A stretch of DNA of 64,000 nt from Dehalococcoidia bacterium (GTDB lineage Bacteria > Chloroflexota > Dehalococcoidia > UBA2979): NCBI GenBank assembly GCA_965219085.1, contig OZ244720.1, positions 1,536,001 to 1,600,000 on the forward strand, read 5' to 3'. Below the pieces are notes generated by a model. The model was not told where the DNA came from. It saw only the letters and a list, made by a program, of their open reading frames with translations, and made no database searches. The translations under genes were made by a program, and so were the position numbers. Below are positions 35,781-46,497 of the stretch, piece by piece (position 1 is the first letter of the stretch; each line of letters starts with the position of its first letter).

Positions 35781-36203
35781 GTGTTCGTTCTCGATACGAA
35801 CGTCGTGTCGGAGCTCATGAGCGACCGAGCGAATCCGATCGTACTCGGGTGGGTCGACGCACAACTCACGGACGACCTGTTCGTCACGGCCGTTACCGAG
35901 GCAGAAATACGCGTGGGGATTGCACGCCTGCCTGCCGGGCGGAGGCGAGGCGCGCTGGACGCAGCCGCGGCCGCCGTCCTCGATGGGTTCTTCGCGGGGC
36001 GGGTGCTTCCACTCGACAGCGCGGCCGCGCGTGAGTACGCGGCCGTGGTCGCCGAACGGAACGCGGCGGGACGCCCGATTGGCGCATTCGATGGGCTGAT
36101 CGCGGCGACTGTCCGGTCGGTGGGCGCCCCAATCGTGACGCGCGATGTCGGTGGGTTCGAGGGTCTTGGGATCGAGATCGTGAACCCGTGGGCTGTCGCC
36201 TAG
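35781..36203 (+). CDS. VapC/FitB PIN-domain toxin
   Basis: VLDTNVVSELM, DGLIAAT, VTRD..GF, IVNPW. Confidence 0.93.
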   Translation: MFVLDTNVVSELMSDRANPIVLGWVDAQLTDDLFVTAVTEAEIRVGIARLPAGRRRGALDAAAAAVLDGFFAGRVLPLDSAAAREYAAVVAERNAAGRPIGAFDGLIAATVRSVGAPIVTRDVGGFEGLGIEIVNPWAVA

Positions 36204-36229
36204 CGGGCCTGAGCGTCGAGGCGTGCCGT

Positions 36230-36751
36230 CTACCCGCTCAGCGACGTGATCGCGCGGCGGAGGTGGTCGTCTTCCAGGAAGGGGGCGCCCTGCGCCTCCT
36301 TGAGCTCCCCAGCCCTCGCCAGCACCGCCGCGCGCGACATCCCCGCGGGCGGCTCCGTCGTCCACGCGATGAGCGCGATCAGGATCTGGTTCGGGTCCTC
36401 GAGGAACACGAGCCGCTCGTAGCCGCGACGGATCTCCTCGCTTGCCTGTAGCCCCACCGACGACAGCCGGAAGTACGCCTGGTCGATGAACTCGCCGCTG
36501 ACGTGCAGCGTCAGGTACTGCATCGACCCGACACCCGGGCTCGACTCGGCGATGTTGACGCCCTCGCGGTTCGGGCCGACGAGGAGCAGATAGTCCTCGC
36601 CGCCGGCATGCATGAGCACCTGCACCGAATCGGGGTCGTCGCGGTTGGGCTCCATGAAGAGGCGCCGCATGCCGAGCTTCTCGTAGAAGTCGATGCTGGC
36701 CTGCATGTCCTTGCAGATGAGGGCCGGATAGCCGAGGCCGCGCAGCTCCAT
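36230..36751 (-). CDS. VOC family protein with C-terminal helical extension
   Basis: ALICKDMQASIDFYEKLG...VFLEDPN; tail resembles a Clp-N repeat. Confidence 0.75.
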   Translation of the reverse strand: MELRGLGYPALICKDMQASIDFYEKLGMRRLFMEPNRDDPDSVQVLMHAGGEDYLLLVGPNREGVNIAESSPGVGSMQYLTLHVSGEFIDQAYFRLSSVGLQASEEIRRGYERLVFLEDPNQILIALIAWTTEPPAGMSRAAVLARAGELKEAQGAPFLEDDHLRRAITSLSG

Positions 36752-36871
36752 GCCGTTCGCCTTTCGTGTGCCGGTCCGATGTGCTCCGCACGACTGTAGG
36801 CGGTTATGGCGACCCGCGCAGCCTCGTCGCGGCGGCGAGGAGCCCACCCGCCGGGGCGCTATCATCGGGCC

Positions 36872-37351
36872 GTGACGCCCTCGCCCGTCCCCCAGCGCTT
36901 CACCGCCACGCTCCACACGCTCGCCATGAACTACTGCGTCGACGTGCCCGCCGAGGCGAGCCGCGCGCTCGCCGGCGACCCGCCGGAGCGCTACGTGCGC
37001 GTCGAGGGCACGGCGAACGGCCACCCGTTCCGCACGCGCCTCACGCCGCGCGGCGGCGGCGCCTACCGCCTCTTCCTCGACGGCGACGTGCGCGCGGCGG
37101 CCGGCATCGACGTGGGCGACGAGGTGACGATCGAGGTCACCCGCGCCGACGCGCCGCCCGAGCCGCCGCTCCCCGGCGACCTGCGCGAGGCGCTGTCCGC
37201 CCTCGACGGCGGCGTCGAGGCATTCTTCGGCCTCACCGAGGCGCAGCGCACCGGCATGCTCGCCTTCGTCGAGCGCGCGCGGACCGCGTCGACGCGGGCG
37301 GGGTATGTGGAGCGGGTGGTCGACGAGATGCGGAAGCGGGTAGGACGATGA
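36872..37351 (+). CDS. DUF1905 / YdeI-OmdA family protein
   Basis: VRVEGTANG.PFRT.L...VRAAAGIDVGDEV...LPGDLREAL...ARTASTR. Confidence 0.8.
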   Translation: MTPSPVPQRFTATLHTLAMNYCVDVPAEASRALAGDPPERYVRVEGTANGHPFRTRLTPRGGGAYRLFLDGDVRAAAGIDVGDEVTIEVTRADAPPEPPLPGDLREALSALDGGVEAFFGLTEAQRTGMLAFVERARTASTRAGYVERVVDEMRKRVGR

Positions 37352-37530
37352 GCGAGCGGGCGGGATGGAGCATGGGCTTGGTCGTGACCGGCGGCCTGGT
37401 GATCGGGACCGTGATCTTCGCGGCGACCGGGAACGCGGCCTGGATCGGCATCGGGTTAGTGGCCGGCGCGGCCTTCGGACAGGCGCTGCGGTGGTCAAGA
37501 CACGGCCGGAGCGACGACGAGCCGCGTTGA
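37348..37530 (+). CDS. Small membrane protein
   Basis: 60 aa with two Gly-rich TM segments; ATGA overlap with upstream gene. Confidence 0.6.
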   Translation: MSERAGWSMGLVVTGGLVIGTVIFAATGNAAWIGIGLVAGAAFGQALRWSRHGRSDDEPR

Positions 37531-37764
37531 GCCCGAGCCCCTCTCAACCGTCGAGGGGCGACGAGGGAGGTCTGTGGCCGGCGGCTGAGGTCCTGAACCG
37601 GGCGCTACTCCAGCACCGTGGCGGAGCGAATGTAGGCAAGCGTGCCGTGACGAATCGATGGCGCACGAGGATGTAACTCCCGTTGGGTTCGCGCAGGAGG
37701 ATTAAACTTGGGGCCCCGAAAGTATGATCCTGCAACGAGGGCTGCAACTCCAGAATCACGCGCG

Positions 37765-37793
37765 TTGACCCCTCCCACCCCCCTGCCTACCAT
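37765..37793 (+). promoter_or_regulatory. valS promoter
   Basis: TTGACC-17-TACCAT, 6 nt before ATG37800. Confidence 0.7.
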
Positions 37794-37799
37794 CGACCC

Positions 37800-37847
37800 A
37801 TGCACCAACACGCACACCGCCACGTAGCAGTAGCCGGCGGCGGCTAG
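37800..37847 (+). CDS. Putative valS leader peptide MHQHAHRHVAVAGGG
   Basis: Starts at the predicted TSS; GTA-GCA-GTA Val codons; hairpin follows at 37881-37902. Confidence 0.6.
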   Translation: MHQHAHRHVAVAGGG

Positions 37848-37965
37848 CCCGGCCCGCGTCGAGGGCCGCGGCGGCCGCCTGCGCCCCGCTTCCGCGGGGC
37901 GTCGCTTTGCCCGCGCCCGATCGGTTCGCGAACCCACTCACCAGGCACCACCGAGGAGCCCGCCC

Positions 37966-40686
37966 GTGACCACCGATTCAGCGCCACCCGCGTCCCCGGC
38001 CGCGCAGATGGCCACGGCCTACGACCCCTCGATGGTCGAGCAGCGCGTCTACGCCGCGTGGGAGCAGGCCGGCGCGTTCCGGCCGCAGGGCGGCGAGCAG
38101 CCGTTCACCATCATCATGCCGCCGCCCAACCTCACCGGTGAGCTCCATATCGGCCACGCGCTCACCGTCGCCGTCGAGGACGCGCTCGTGCGCTGGCATC
38201 GCATGCTCGGCGACGACACGCTGTGGCTGCCCGGCGTCGACCACGCCGCCATCGCCGTCAACGCGCTCGTCGAGCGCGAACTCGCCGCCGAGGGCATCTC
38301 GCGCCATGACATCGGCCGCGAGGCGTTCCTCGAGCGCGTGTGGGCGTTCGTCGGGCGCTCGCGCTCGCGCATCGCCGAGCAGCACCGGCGGCTCGGCGCC
38401 TCGGCCGACTGGGAGCGCGAGGCGTTCACGATGGACGAGGCGCGACAGCGCGCCGTGCGCCAGACGTTCGCGAACCTCTACGAGGACGGCCTGATCTACC
38501 GCGGCGAGCGCATCATCAACTGGTGCGTCGACTGCGGCACCGCGCTCTCCGACCTCGAGGTCGAGCACGACGACGAGCCCGGCGCGTTCTGGCACTTCCG
38601 CTACCCGGTGCTCGACGACGACAACGAGCAGACCGGCGAGTACCTGGTCATCGCCACGACGCGGCCGGAGACTATCCCCGCGGACACCGCCGTCGCCGTG
38701 AACCCCGAGGACGAGCGCTACCAGCACCTGCTGGGGCGCAACGTGCTGGTCCCGACCTCGGACCGGCCGGTGCCCGTCATCGCCGACGAGGCGGTGACCA
38801 TCGAGGCGGGGTCGGGTGCGCTGAAGGTCACGCCCGGCCACGACCCCGTCGACTTCGAGATCGGCCAGCGTCACGACCTGCCCGTGCTCAACATCGTCGG
38901 CACCGACGGCCGCCTCACCGAGGAGGCCGGCAAGTACGCCGGGATGGAGCGCTTCGAGGCGCGTGACCGCGTGGTCGCGGACCTCGACGCGGCGGGCCTG
39001 CTGGAGCGCACCGAGGACTACACGCACTCGGTCGGGCACTGCCAGCGCTCCGGCACGATCGTCGAGCCGATCATCTCCGAGCAGTGGTTCGTGCGCGCCG
39101 AGCCGCTGGCGAAGCCGGCGATCGAGGCGGTGCGCGACGGCCGCATCAGCTTCGTGCCGCGCCGCTTCGAGCGGACCTACTTCCACTGGATGGAGAACAT
39201 CCGCGACTGGACCATCAGCCGCCAGATCTGGTGGGGCCACCGCATCCCCGTGTGGTACTGCGACGCCTGCCCCGAGACCATCGTCGCCGTCGAGGACCCC
39301 GACGCGTGCCCCACATGCGGCGGCGCGGTGCGGCAGGACGAGGACACGCTCGACACGTGGTTCTCGTCCGGGCTGTGGCCGCACTCGACCCTCGGCTGGC
39401 CGGACCAGGACGCCGACGACCTCGGCCGCTTCTACCCGACGCAGGTCATGGAGACCGGCTACGACATCATCTTCTTCTGGGTCGCGCGCATGGTGATGCT
39501 CTCGCTCTACAACATGCGCGACCTCGGCGACGACGCGATCCCGTTCGAGACCGTCTACCTGCATGGCCTCGTGCGCGCGCCCGACGGGCGCAAGATGTCG
39601 AAGACGCTGGGCAACGTCACGGATCCCCTCGACGTGATTGCGCAGTACGGCACCGACGCGCTGCGCTACGCGCTGATCTCGGGCACCTCGCCCGGCAACG
39701 ACCAGCGCATCACCGATGACCGGCTCGAGGCGGGCCGCAACTTCGCGAACAAGCTGTGGAACGCCAGCCGGCTCGTGCTCACGCTGATCGAGCAGGAGGG
39801 CCTCGACGCGGACGACCTCGCGCTGCCTGCGGTCGGCGACCCGCGGCTGCTGCGCGAGGACCGCTGGGCGCTGTCGCGCCTCGAGCGCACCGTCGCGCTC
39901 GTCGACGAACTGCTGCGCAAGTTCGAGCTGGCCGAAGCGCTGCGGCAGACGCGCGACTTCTTCTGGGACGAACTCGCCGACTGGTACCTCGAGTTGGCGA
40001 AGGTGCGTGTGCGCGGGGGCGACACCACGCCGCTGCCGGTGATGCTGCACGCGCTCGATGCGGTGCTGCGGATGCTGCACCCGTTCATGCCCTTCGTGAC
40101 CGAGGAGCTGTGGCAGCGGCTCACGCCGCTGCGCGCGGACGCCCCCGGCGAGGCCTCGCAGCTCATCGTCGCCCGCTACCCGGTCGCCGACGAGACACGC
40201 TTCGACGACGAAGCGGAGCGCGAACTGGCGGCCGTGCAGGACTTCGTGCGCGCGATCCGCAACGTCCGCGCCGAGCGCCGCGTCGACGCCGGGCGCTGGG
40301 TCGAGGGGTACATCGTCGGCGCCGAGGCGGCCGAGGCAGCGCGCGGCACGGCGGAGGCGCTGGGCCAGCTCGCCCGTGTGCGCCCGCTGCACGTCGTCGA
40401 CACGCCCGACGAGGCGCCCTCCGACGGGGTGGTGACGTCGGTGCTGCCGGTGGGCCGCGTGGTATTGCCGATGGCTGGGCTGTTCGACCTCGATGCCGAG
40501 CGCACGCGCCTGCAGAAGCAGATCGACGACGCGACGAACGAGGTGCGGCGGCTGGAAGGCAAGCTGGGTAACGAGCAGTTCCGCACGCGCGCCCCTGCCG
40601 AGGTGGTGGCGAAGGAGGAGGAGCGCCTCGTGACGGCGGGCGGCCGCCTGCGCGGCCTCGAGGAGTCGTTGGCCGAGATCAGCTAG
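37966..40686 (+). CDS. valS: Valine--tRNA ligase
   Basis: PPPNLTGELHIGHA, DWTISRQIWWGH, KMSKT, C-terminal coiled coil. Confidence 0.98.
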   Translation: MTTDSAPPASPAAQMATAYDPSMVEQRVYAAWEQAGAFRPQGGEQPFTIIMPPPNLTGELHIGHALTVAVEDALVRWHRMLGDDTLWLPGVDHAAIAVNALVERELAAEGISRHDIGREAFLERVWAFVGRSRSRIAEQHRRLGASADWEREAFTMDEARQRAVRQTFANLYEDGLIYRGERIINWCVDCGTALSDLEVEHDDEPGAFWHFRYPVLDDDNEQTGEYLVIATTRPETIPADTAVAVNPEDERYQHLLGRNVLVPTSDRPVPVIADEAVTIEAGSGALKVTPGHDPVDFEIGQRHDLPVLNIVGTDGRLTEEAGKYAGMERFEARDRVVADLDAAGLLERTEDYTHSVGHCQRSGTIVEPIISEQWFVRAEPLAKPAIEAVRDGRISFVPRRFERTYFHWMENIRDWTISRQIWWGHRIPVWYCDACPETIVAVEDPDACPTCGGAVRQDEDTLDTWFSSGLWPHSTLGWPDQDADDLGRFYPTQVMETGYDIIFFWVARMVMLSLYNMRDLGDDAIPFETVYLHGLVRAPDGRKMSKTLGNVTDPLDVIAQYGTDALRYALISGTSPGNDQRITDDRLEAGRNFANKLWNASRLVLTLIEQEGLDADDLALPAVGDPRLLREDRWALSRLERTVALVDELLRKFELAEALRQTRDFFWDELADWYLELAKVRVRGGDTTPLPVMLHALDAVLRMLHPFMPFVTEELWQRLTPLRADAPGEASQLIVARYPVADETRFDDEAERELAAVQDFVRAIRNVRAERRVDAGRWVEGYIVGAEAAEAARGTAEALGQLARVRPLHVVDTPDEAPSDGVVTSVLPVGRVVLPMAGLFDLDAERTRLQKQIDDATNEVRRLEGKLGNEQFRTRAPAEVVAKEEERLVTAGGRLRGLEESLAEIS

Positions 40687-40711
40687 CGCAGCGAGGCTGC
40701 TCGCGACCTCG

Positions 40712-41137
40712 TTACGAGGACGAGGCGCAGGCGCTGCCGTGGATGCGCAGCACTGACTCCTGGTCGAAGCGTCGCTCGTACTCCCGCGAGATCTCGTCGA
40801 TGAGGCGCAACGTCTCCTCGCCGGGAGCCGCGAGGATCCACAGCACCTTCGAGCGCTCGCGCTGGACGGCGCCCGAGTCGTCGCGCCACTGACCCGCCAC
40901 GTCGAGGACGGTGAGGCCGTCGGGGAAGCGCGGCGTCACGGTGTCGGCGAGGAACGCCGCCCACGCCTCCTCGCTCACCTCGTCGCCGTCCGCGGTGCCG
41001 CGACCGAAGAAGAGCTGGTACTCGGCGTAGCGGTCGCTGCCCTCGGGGCAGGGCGCCTCGCCCTCGTCGCCGCACGCGAGGAGTACGAGCGCGGCGAGGG
41101 CGAGCAGGGCCGGCGCAATCAGGCGTAGTGGCGGCAT
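40712..41137 (-). CDS. DUF3574 family lipoprotein
   Basis: LLAC lipobox; LFFGR, VTPRFPDGLTV, F.QESVLR. Confidence 0.85.
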   Translation of the reverse strand: MPPLRLIAPALLALAALVLLACGDEGEAPCPEGSDRYAEYQLFFGRGTADGDEVSEEAWAAFLADTVTPRFPDGLTVLDVAGQWRDDSGAVQRERSKVLWILAAPGEETLRLIDEISREYERRFDQESVLRIHGSACASSS

Positions 41138-41327
41138 CACCGCGATCGTACCAACGCTCGCCATTGCAAGCGCCGCCAGGGATGGGACGAGCCCGAGCCG
41201 CGCGATCCGAATCGCCCACTGGGCGCTGAGGGCGGATTTGAACTCAGAACCTTCGCCATGGACACAGCCGGGGTCTGCGGCGGAGGAGTGATGTGTATGA
41301 TGAGTACACATCGGGAGCGGGTGGAAC

Positions 41328-41603
41328 ATGGCTCGGGTACAGATCATCATTCCCGACGAGGATCGTGATCGGTTCTTCTCCCAGGCGAAGCGAGAAGGCG
41401 TGACCTTGAGCGCGTGGCTGCGCGCGGCCGCGCACGAGCGCCTCGAGTCCCGGCAGCAGGCGCAGCACTTCGGATCGCCGGAGGAACTCGAGGCATTCTT
41501 CCGCGAATCCAACCAGCGGGCGGGGCCGGGCCGCGAGCCGGACTGGGAGGAGCACCTGGCTGTGATGCGCGAGTCACGGCTTCGCGGGATCGCCGACGCG
41601 TGA
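41328..41603 (+). CDS. Antitoxin (RHH-like)
   Basis: AKREGVTLSAWLR; overlaps the PIN toxin start. Confidence 0.8.
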   Translation: MARVQIIIPDEDRDRFFSQAKREGVTLSAWLRAAAHERLESRQQAQHFGSPEELEAFFRESNQRAGPGREPDWEEHLAVMRESRLRGIADA

Positions 41604-41998
41604 TCTTCGTCGACACCAACATCTTCGTCTATGCGGTTGGACGCGAGCATCCGCGCCGTGAGCCGGCGCAGGCATTCTTTGTCGACGCCAGCCGTACTCG
41701 GGAGCCCCTCTACACGTCCGCGGAGGTCCTGCAGGAACTCCTGCATGTGTACCTGCCGGTCCGGCGGTTCCGCGAACTCGACGAGGCGATGGCGCTGGCG
41801 GCGGGCGCGATGGCCGAGATCTGGGCGCTGGAACAAGCAGACGTCGACCTGGCTCGGCAGCTGGAGCGGCTCCATCCCACGCTGGCTGCCCGGGATCTCT
41901 GCCATCTCGCGAGTTGCCGCAGGCGCGGCGTGACACGGATCGAGAGCTCCGACCGCGCTCTGACCCTCGCCGTCGCCGAACCCAGCAGCGGGAACTGA
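41600..41998 (+). CDS. VapC PIN-domain toxin
   Basis: IFVDTNIFVYAVG, TSAEVLQE, ARD..HLA. Confidence 0.9.
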   Translation: MIFVDTNIFVYAVGREHPRREPAQAFFVDASRTREPLYTSAEVLQELLHVYLPVRRFRELDEAMALAAGAMAEIWALEQADVDLARQLERLHPTLAARDLCHLASCRRRGVTRIESSDRALTLAVAEPSSGN

Positions 41999-42161
41999 GA
42001 CGGATCACGCGAGCGTCTGCACGGTGTCGACCGATCCGGGTCGACCAATCCGGGACTTCGCGACGTTGACCATGCACGGGGCCGCTGCTACGTTCCCCTC
42101 GGCTGCGCGCCGTGCCATCGCACGGCGGAAATGTGCTGCGGCCAGCGGGGTTGGAACGGCC

Positions 42162-42527
42162 GTGGACGAGCTCTTCGGCAACTATCTCCCGGTGCTGCTC
42201 GCGACCGTCACGGGCTTCATCCTCGTGATCACCGCGCTCATCGGCTCGCGGCTGCTCGCGCCCTTCTCCGAGGAGCGCGAAAAGGGCACGACCTACGAGT
42301 GCGGGATGCTGCCCGTCAGGCGCACGAGCACCAACGTGGGCATGCGCTTCTACCTCTTCGCGATCCTCTTCATCATTTTCGACGTCGAGGCCGTGTTCAT
42401 CTTCCCGTGGGCGATGTCCTTCGTGGAGGTCGGCGCCCAGGCGTACTGGGAGATGGTGCTTTTCGTCGCCATCCTCGCCGTCGGCCTCGTCTACGCGTGG
42501 AAGAAGGGAGCGTTGCAGTGGCGCTAA
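42162..42527 (+). CDS. nuoA: NADH-quinone oxidoreductase subunit A
   Basis: [28 protein letters not shown]. Confidence 0.96.
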   Translation: MDELFGNYLPVLLATVTGFILVITALIGSRLLAPFSEEREKGTTYECGMLPVRRTSTNVGMRFYLFAILFIIFDVEAVFIFPWAMSFVEVGAQAYWEMVLFVAILAVGLVYAWKKGALQWR

Positions 42528-43159
42528 GACCCCCTGACGCCGTCACCGGAACCACGGCGCCGCCGGGCGCCCCCGAGACCGCACCGCCGCTGGTGCCCGC
42601 TCCGCTCGTACCGGAGATGCCGCCGACGGAACACCCGGCCGAGGCCCCTCGCCTCGTGCCGATCGAGCCCGTACCGGGCAAGGCGCTCTACCGCGTCGTG
42701 CTCCCGGGCGTGATGCAGGTGCCTGCCGACCTCGTGCTCGCCGCGTCGCGCAAGTCCTCGCTGTGGCCGATGACGTTCGGGCTGGCGTGCTGCGCGATCG
42801 AGATGATCGCGACGTATATGGCCCACTACGACCTCGACCGCTTCGGGATCGTGCCGTGGCCGTCGCCGCGCCAGTCCGACGTGATGATCGTCGCCGGCAC
42901 GGTGACCAAGAAGATGGCGCCCGCCGTCAAGCTGCTCTACGAGCAGATGCCGAACCCCAAGTGGGTGATCTCGATGGGCGCGTGCGCCACCAACGGCGGC
43001 CCCTACACCCGCTACGACCGAGTCCTCCAGGGCGTCGACAAGATCGTGCCCGTCGACGTCTACGTGCCGGGCTGCCCGCCGCGGCCGGAGGCGCTCCTCG
43101 ATGGCTTCGTCGCCCTCCAGGAGAAGATCATGGAGGAGCGGGGAGCGACCGGTCGATGA
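42518..43159 (+). CDS. nuoB: NADH-quinone oxidoreductase subunit B
   Basis: [28 protein letters not shown]. Confidence 0.96.
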   Translation: MALRPPDAVTGTTAPPGAPETAPPLVPAPLVPEMPPTEHPAEAPRLVPIEPVPGKALYRVVLPGVMQVPADLVLAASRKSSLWPMTFGLACCAIEMIATYMAHYDLDRFGIVPWPSPRQSDVMIVAGTVTKKMAPAVKLLYEQMPNPKWVISMGACATNGGPYTRYDRVLQGVDKIVPVDVYVPGCPPRPEALLDGFVALQEKIMEERGATGR

Positions 43160-43692
43160 CGACCGACGAGTCCAACGGCGCTCCCGAGTCCTTCGACGAC
43201 ACCATCTGGGGCATCGTCGACACGGCGCTCGCCGGCATCACCGCCGACGCCGAGCGCGGCGCGCAGGACCTCATCGTGTTCATCCCGAAGGGTGAACTCT
43301 CGCGTGGGCTGCGCGCGCTGCGGTCGAACGAGACACTCGCGTTCGACTACCTCCGCAACCTCACCGCGATCGACTGGGAGGAGGAGGGCATCGACGTGGT
43401 GTACCACCTCTACTCCTCCGAGCACCGCCACAACCTGACCGTGAAGTGCCACCTCGACAACGCCGACCTCACGCTCGACACCGCGACGACGGTGTGGCGC
43501 GCGGCGGGCTGGCTCGAGCGCGAGACGGCTGAGATGTTCGGCGTGCGCTTCGACGGCCACCCGGACCCGCGCCCGCTGCTGCTGCCCGAGGACATGGACG
43601 ACACGTTCCCGCTGCGCAAGGATCACCCGCTCGCGGAGATCGAGGTGCTGCAGGGCGAAGGCATCGCCTACGCAGAGGAGGCGTTCGAATGA
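43156..43692 (+). CDS. nuoC: NADH-quinone oxidoreductase subunit C
   Basis: [25 protein letters not shown]. Confidence 0.95.
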   Translation: MTTDESNGAPESFDDTIWGIVDTALAGITADAERGAQDLIVFIPKGELSRGLRALRSNETLAFDYLRNLTAIDWEEEGIDVVYHLYSSEHRHNLTVKCHLDNADLTLDTATTVWRAAGWLERETAEMFGVRFDGHPDPRPLLLPEDMDDTFPLRKDHPLAEIEVLQGEGIAYAEEAFE

Positions 43693-44822
43693 CCCAGCCT
43701 CCCCCGGTGCTCGACCACGAGTTCGAGACCGAGGACATCTTCATCAACATGGGGCCGCAGCACCCCTCGACGCATGGCGTCTTCCGCATGGTGCTGACGA
43801 TCGACGGTGAGATGGTCACCAACGTGGTCCCACACGTCGGCTACATGCACCGCGGGGCCGAGAAGCTCTGCGAGACCATGGACTACCGCCAGGGCATCGG
43901 CTACATGGACCGCACGGAGTACCTGGCGAACTTCAACGCCGAGCTCTCCTACGTGATGGCCGTCGAGCGCCTCGCCGAGCTCGAGGTCCCCGAGCGCGCG
44001 CAGTGGATCCGCATGATCCTCTGCGAGCTCAACCGGCTGTCCAGCCACTTCATGTTCCTCGGCGCGTTCGGCACGGACGTGGGCGTGTTCGGCACGGCCT
44101 TCGTCTACGGGTTCAAGAACCGCGAGGTGGTCCAGGACCTGTTCGAGGAGATCACGGGCGATCGCCTGATGTTCGCGTACTTCCGCGCCGGCGGCCTCGC
44201 CTGGGAGGTCCCGGACAACTTCGAGACGCGCGTGCGCGAGGTGCTCAAGAACGCACGCGAGGGCCTCAAGGAACTCGACGGGCTGATGACCCGGAACGAG
44301 ATCTTCCGCGCCCGCACCGAGGGCGTCGGCGTCATTACCGCCGAGGACGCGATCGACTGGGGCATGAGCGGCCCCGCGCTGCGCGCCAGCGGCGTGCCGA
44401 TGGACATCCGCCGCGACGAGCCGTACCTCTACTACGACCAGATGGACTTCGACGTCATCACCGGCGACCACGGCGACGTGTTCGACCGCTTCTACAGCCG
44501 CATCCGCGAGGCCAGCGAGTCGATCAAGATCATCGAGCAGTGCCTCGAGCGGCTCGAGCCCGGGCCGATCGTCCCGGACCGCCTGCCGCGGATGCTGCGC
44601 ACCCCGCCGGGCGAGGTGTACACGCGCACCGAGGCGCCGCGCGGCGAGTTCGGGATCTACCTGGTGAGCAGGGGCGGGAACCGCCCGTACCGGCTCAAGA
44701 TCCGCTCGGCCTGCCTCTCCAACCTGCAAGCACTCCGCGACATGACGATCGGCGGCTATGTCGCCGACGCGGTCGTGGTGCTCGGCTCGCTCGACATCGT
44801 GCTCTGCGAGGTTGACCGATGA
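43689..44822 (+). CDS. nuoD: NADH-quinone oxidoreductase subunit D
   Basis: NMGPQHPSTHGV, GYMHRGAEK, EAPRGE, SLDIVLCEVDR. Confidence 0.97.
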   Translation: MTQPPPVLDHEFETEDIFINMGPQHPSTHGVFRMVLTIDGEMVTNVVPHVGYMHRGAEKLCETMDYRQGIGYMDRTEYLANFNAELSYVMAVERLAELEVPERAQWIRMILCELNRLSSHFMFLGAFGTDVGVFGTAFVYGFKNREVVQDLFEEITGDRLMFAYFRAGGLAWEVPDNFETRVREVLKNAREGLKELDGLMTRNEIFRARTEGVGVITAEDAIDWGMSGPALRASGVPMDIRRDEPYLYYDQMDFDVITGDHGDVFDRFYSRIREASESIKIIEQCLERLEPGPIVPDRLPRMLRTPPGEVYTRTEAPRGEFGIYLVSRGGNRPYRLKIRSACLSNLQALRDMTIGGYVADAVVVLGSLDIVLCEVDR

Positions 44823-45961
44823 ACGTCGGCCTGTTCGGCATCGAGAACGTGAACATCTGGGTTGACGCCGTCATCCGGCTCCAGCTCATCGTCGCGCTCA
44901 TGACGGTGGTGGTGATGGGGCTCATCTACGGCGAGCGGAAGCTGATCGCGCGCTTCCAGTACCGCCTCGGTCCGACGCGCACGGGCCCGGTCGGCATCCT
45001 GCAGTCGCTCGCCGACGCGCTGAAGCTGGTCGGCAAGGAGGACCTGCGGCCGCGCGGCGCGGACCCGTGGGTGTTCGAGCTGGCCGTCTACTTCGTCTTC
45101 GTCCCGGTGTTCCTCGGCTTCGTGGCCGTGCCGTTCGCGTTCGACTGGAACGTGCGGGTGCTCGAGCTCGGGCTGTTCTACATCATTGCCGTGAGCTCGG
45201 TGAACATCGTCGGGTGGGTGATGGCCGGCTGGGCGTCGGACAACCGTTACGCGATGCTGGGCGCACTGCGCGCCGCCGCGCAGGGCATCTCCTACGAGCT
45301 CCCGCTGATCCTCTCGCTCATCGCCGTCTCGATGGTGGTGAGCACCGACGCCGGGCGCGGCTCGCTCAACCTCGCTGTGATCGTGGCCGAGCAGGGCCAC
45401 ATCCCGTACATCGTGTGGCAGCCGCTGGCGTTCGCGATCTTCTACGTCGCGATGCTGGCCGAGTTGAACCGCACCCCGTTCGACATCCCGGTCGGTGAGT
45501 CCGAGGTGGTGGGCGGGCCGTTCGTCGAGTACAGCGGGATCCGCTGGTCGATGTTCTTCCTGGGCGAATACGCCGGGCTGTTCATCCTCGCGCTGGTCGG
45601 CGCCGCGGTGTTCCTCGGAGGCTGGGCGTGGCCGCTCGGCGAGGAGATCGGGACGGTGTGGCAGCTGGCGCTGACGGCCGTAAAGGCGCTGTTCCTCATC
45701 TTCACCGTGTTCTGGGTACGCGTGACGATGCCACGGATGCGCATCGACCAGCTCATGGGCTTCTCCTGGAAGGTCCTGCTGCCGATGTCGTTCGCGCTGA
45801 TCCTCGTCAACGGGCTGATCCTGGTGTACGACTGGCCGGACGTGGCCCTGCTGGCGGGGAACCTCGTCGGCCTCGCGGCGCTGTACCTGATCGTCGACCG
45901 AGGCATCACGCGACGGCGGGTGCGGCCGCCCGCGCGGGCGGGCGCGCCCACTACCGCGTAA
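44819..45961 (+). CDS. nuoH: NADH-quinone oxidoreductase subunit H
   Basis: ERK..A..Q.R.GP, AELNRTPFD, EYSG, PRMRIDQL. Confidence 0.96.
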   Translation: MNVGLFGIENVNIWVDAVIRLQLIVALMTVVVMGLIYGERKLIARFQYRLGPTRTGPVGILQSLADALKLVGKEDLRPRGADPWVFELAVYFVFVPVFLGFVAVPFAFDWNVRVLELGLFYIIAVSSVNIVGWVMAGWASDNRYAMLGALRAAAQGISYELPLILSLIAVSMVVSTDAGRGSLNLAVIVAEQGHIPYIVWQPLAFAIFYVAMLAELNRTPFDIPVGESEVVGGPFVEYSGIRWSMFFLGEYAGLFILALVGAAVFLGGWAWPLGEEIGTVWQLALTAVKALFLIFTVFWVRVTMPRMRIDQLMGFSWKVLLPMSFALILVNGLILVYDWPDVALLAGNLVGLAALYLIVDRGITRRRVRPPARAGAPTTA

Positions 45962-45987
45962 GGAACGATCGTGAAAGGCTCCGCGAC

Positions 45988-46461
45988 ATGAAGGGCGTAC
46001 TGAAAAGCATGGCCGTGACGATGAACGCATTCGTGCGTCGGCCCGTCACGCGCCAGTACCCCGAGCAGCATCGCGCCCTGCCTGAGCGCGACCGCGCGTT
46101 CCCCCTCCTGCTGTGGGACGACGACATCGATGAGCCGTACTGCACGGGCTGCCACGCCTGCGAGCGGGCCTGCCCGGTGGAGTGCATGACGGTGCTGATG
46201 AAGGACAACCCCAACCACGAGAGCGTGGGCGGGGACTCCCGGCGCCGCAAGATCATCGACAAGTTCTGGATTGACTACGCCCGCTGCATGCGCTGCAACA
46301 TCTGCGTCGAGGTCTGCAACTTCGAGGCCATCGCCATGAACAACACATGGACCGGCCACGAGATTTCAGTCTACGACCGTGCAGACCTGGTCATGGACCT
46401 GCCGCAGCTGCTCGCGCAGCACAAGGCGGGCGAACTCGATGAGTGGGTCGCCGACATCTAG
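45988..46461 (+). CDS. nuoI: NADH-quinone oxidoreductase subunit I
   Basis: CTGCHACERACP and CMRCNICVEVC. Confidence 0.94.
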   Translation: MKGVLKSMAVTMNAFVRRPVTRQYPEQHRALPERDRAFPLLLWDDDIDEPYCTGCHACERACPVECMTVLMKDNPNHESVGGDSRRRKIIDKFWIDYARCMRCNICVEVCNFEAIAMNNTWTGHEISVYDRADLVMDLPQLLAQHKAGELDEWVADI

Positions 46462-46497
46462 GTCGGTCCCGATCCGGAGCGTGGTACAGGGCCTGAC

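Noticed and set aside
37540-37760. Lower-GC stretch upstream of the valS promoter as a gene or T-box
   Set aside because: No convincing ORF and no T-box consensus visible
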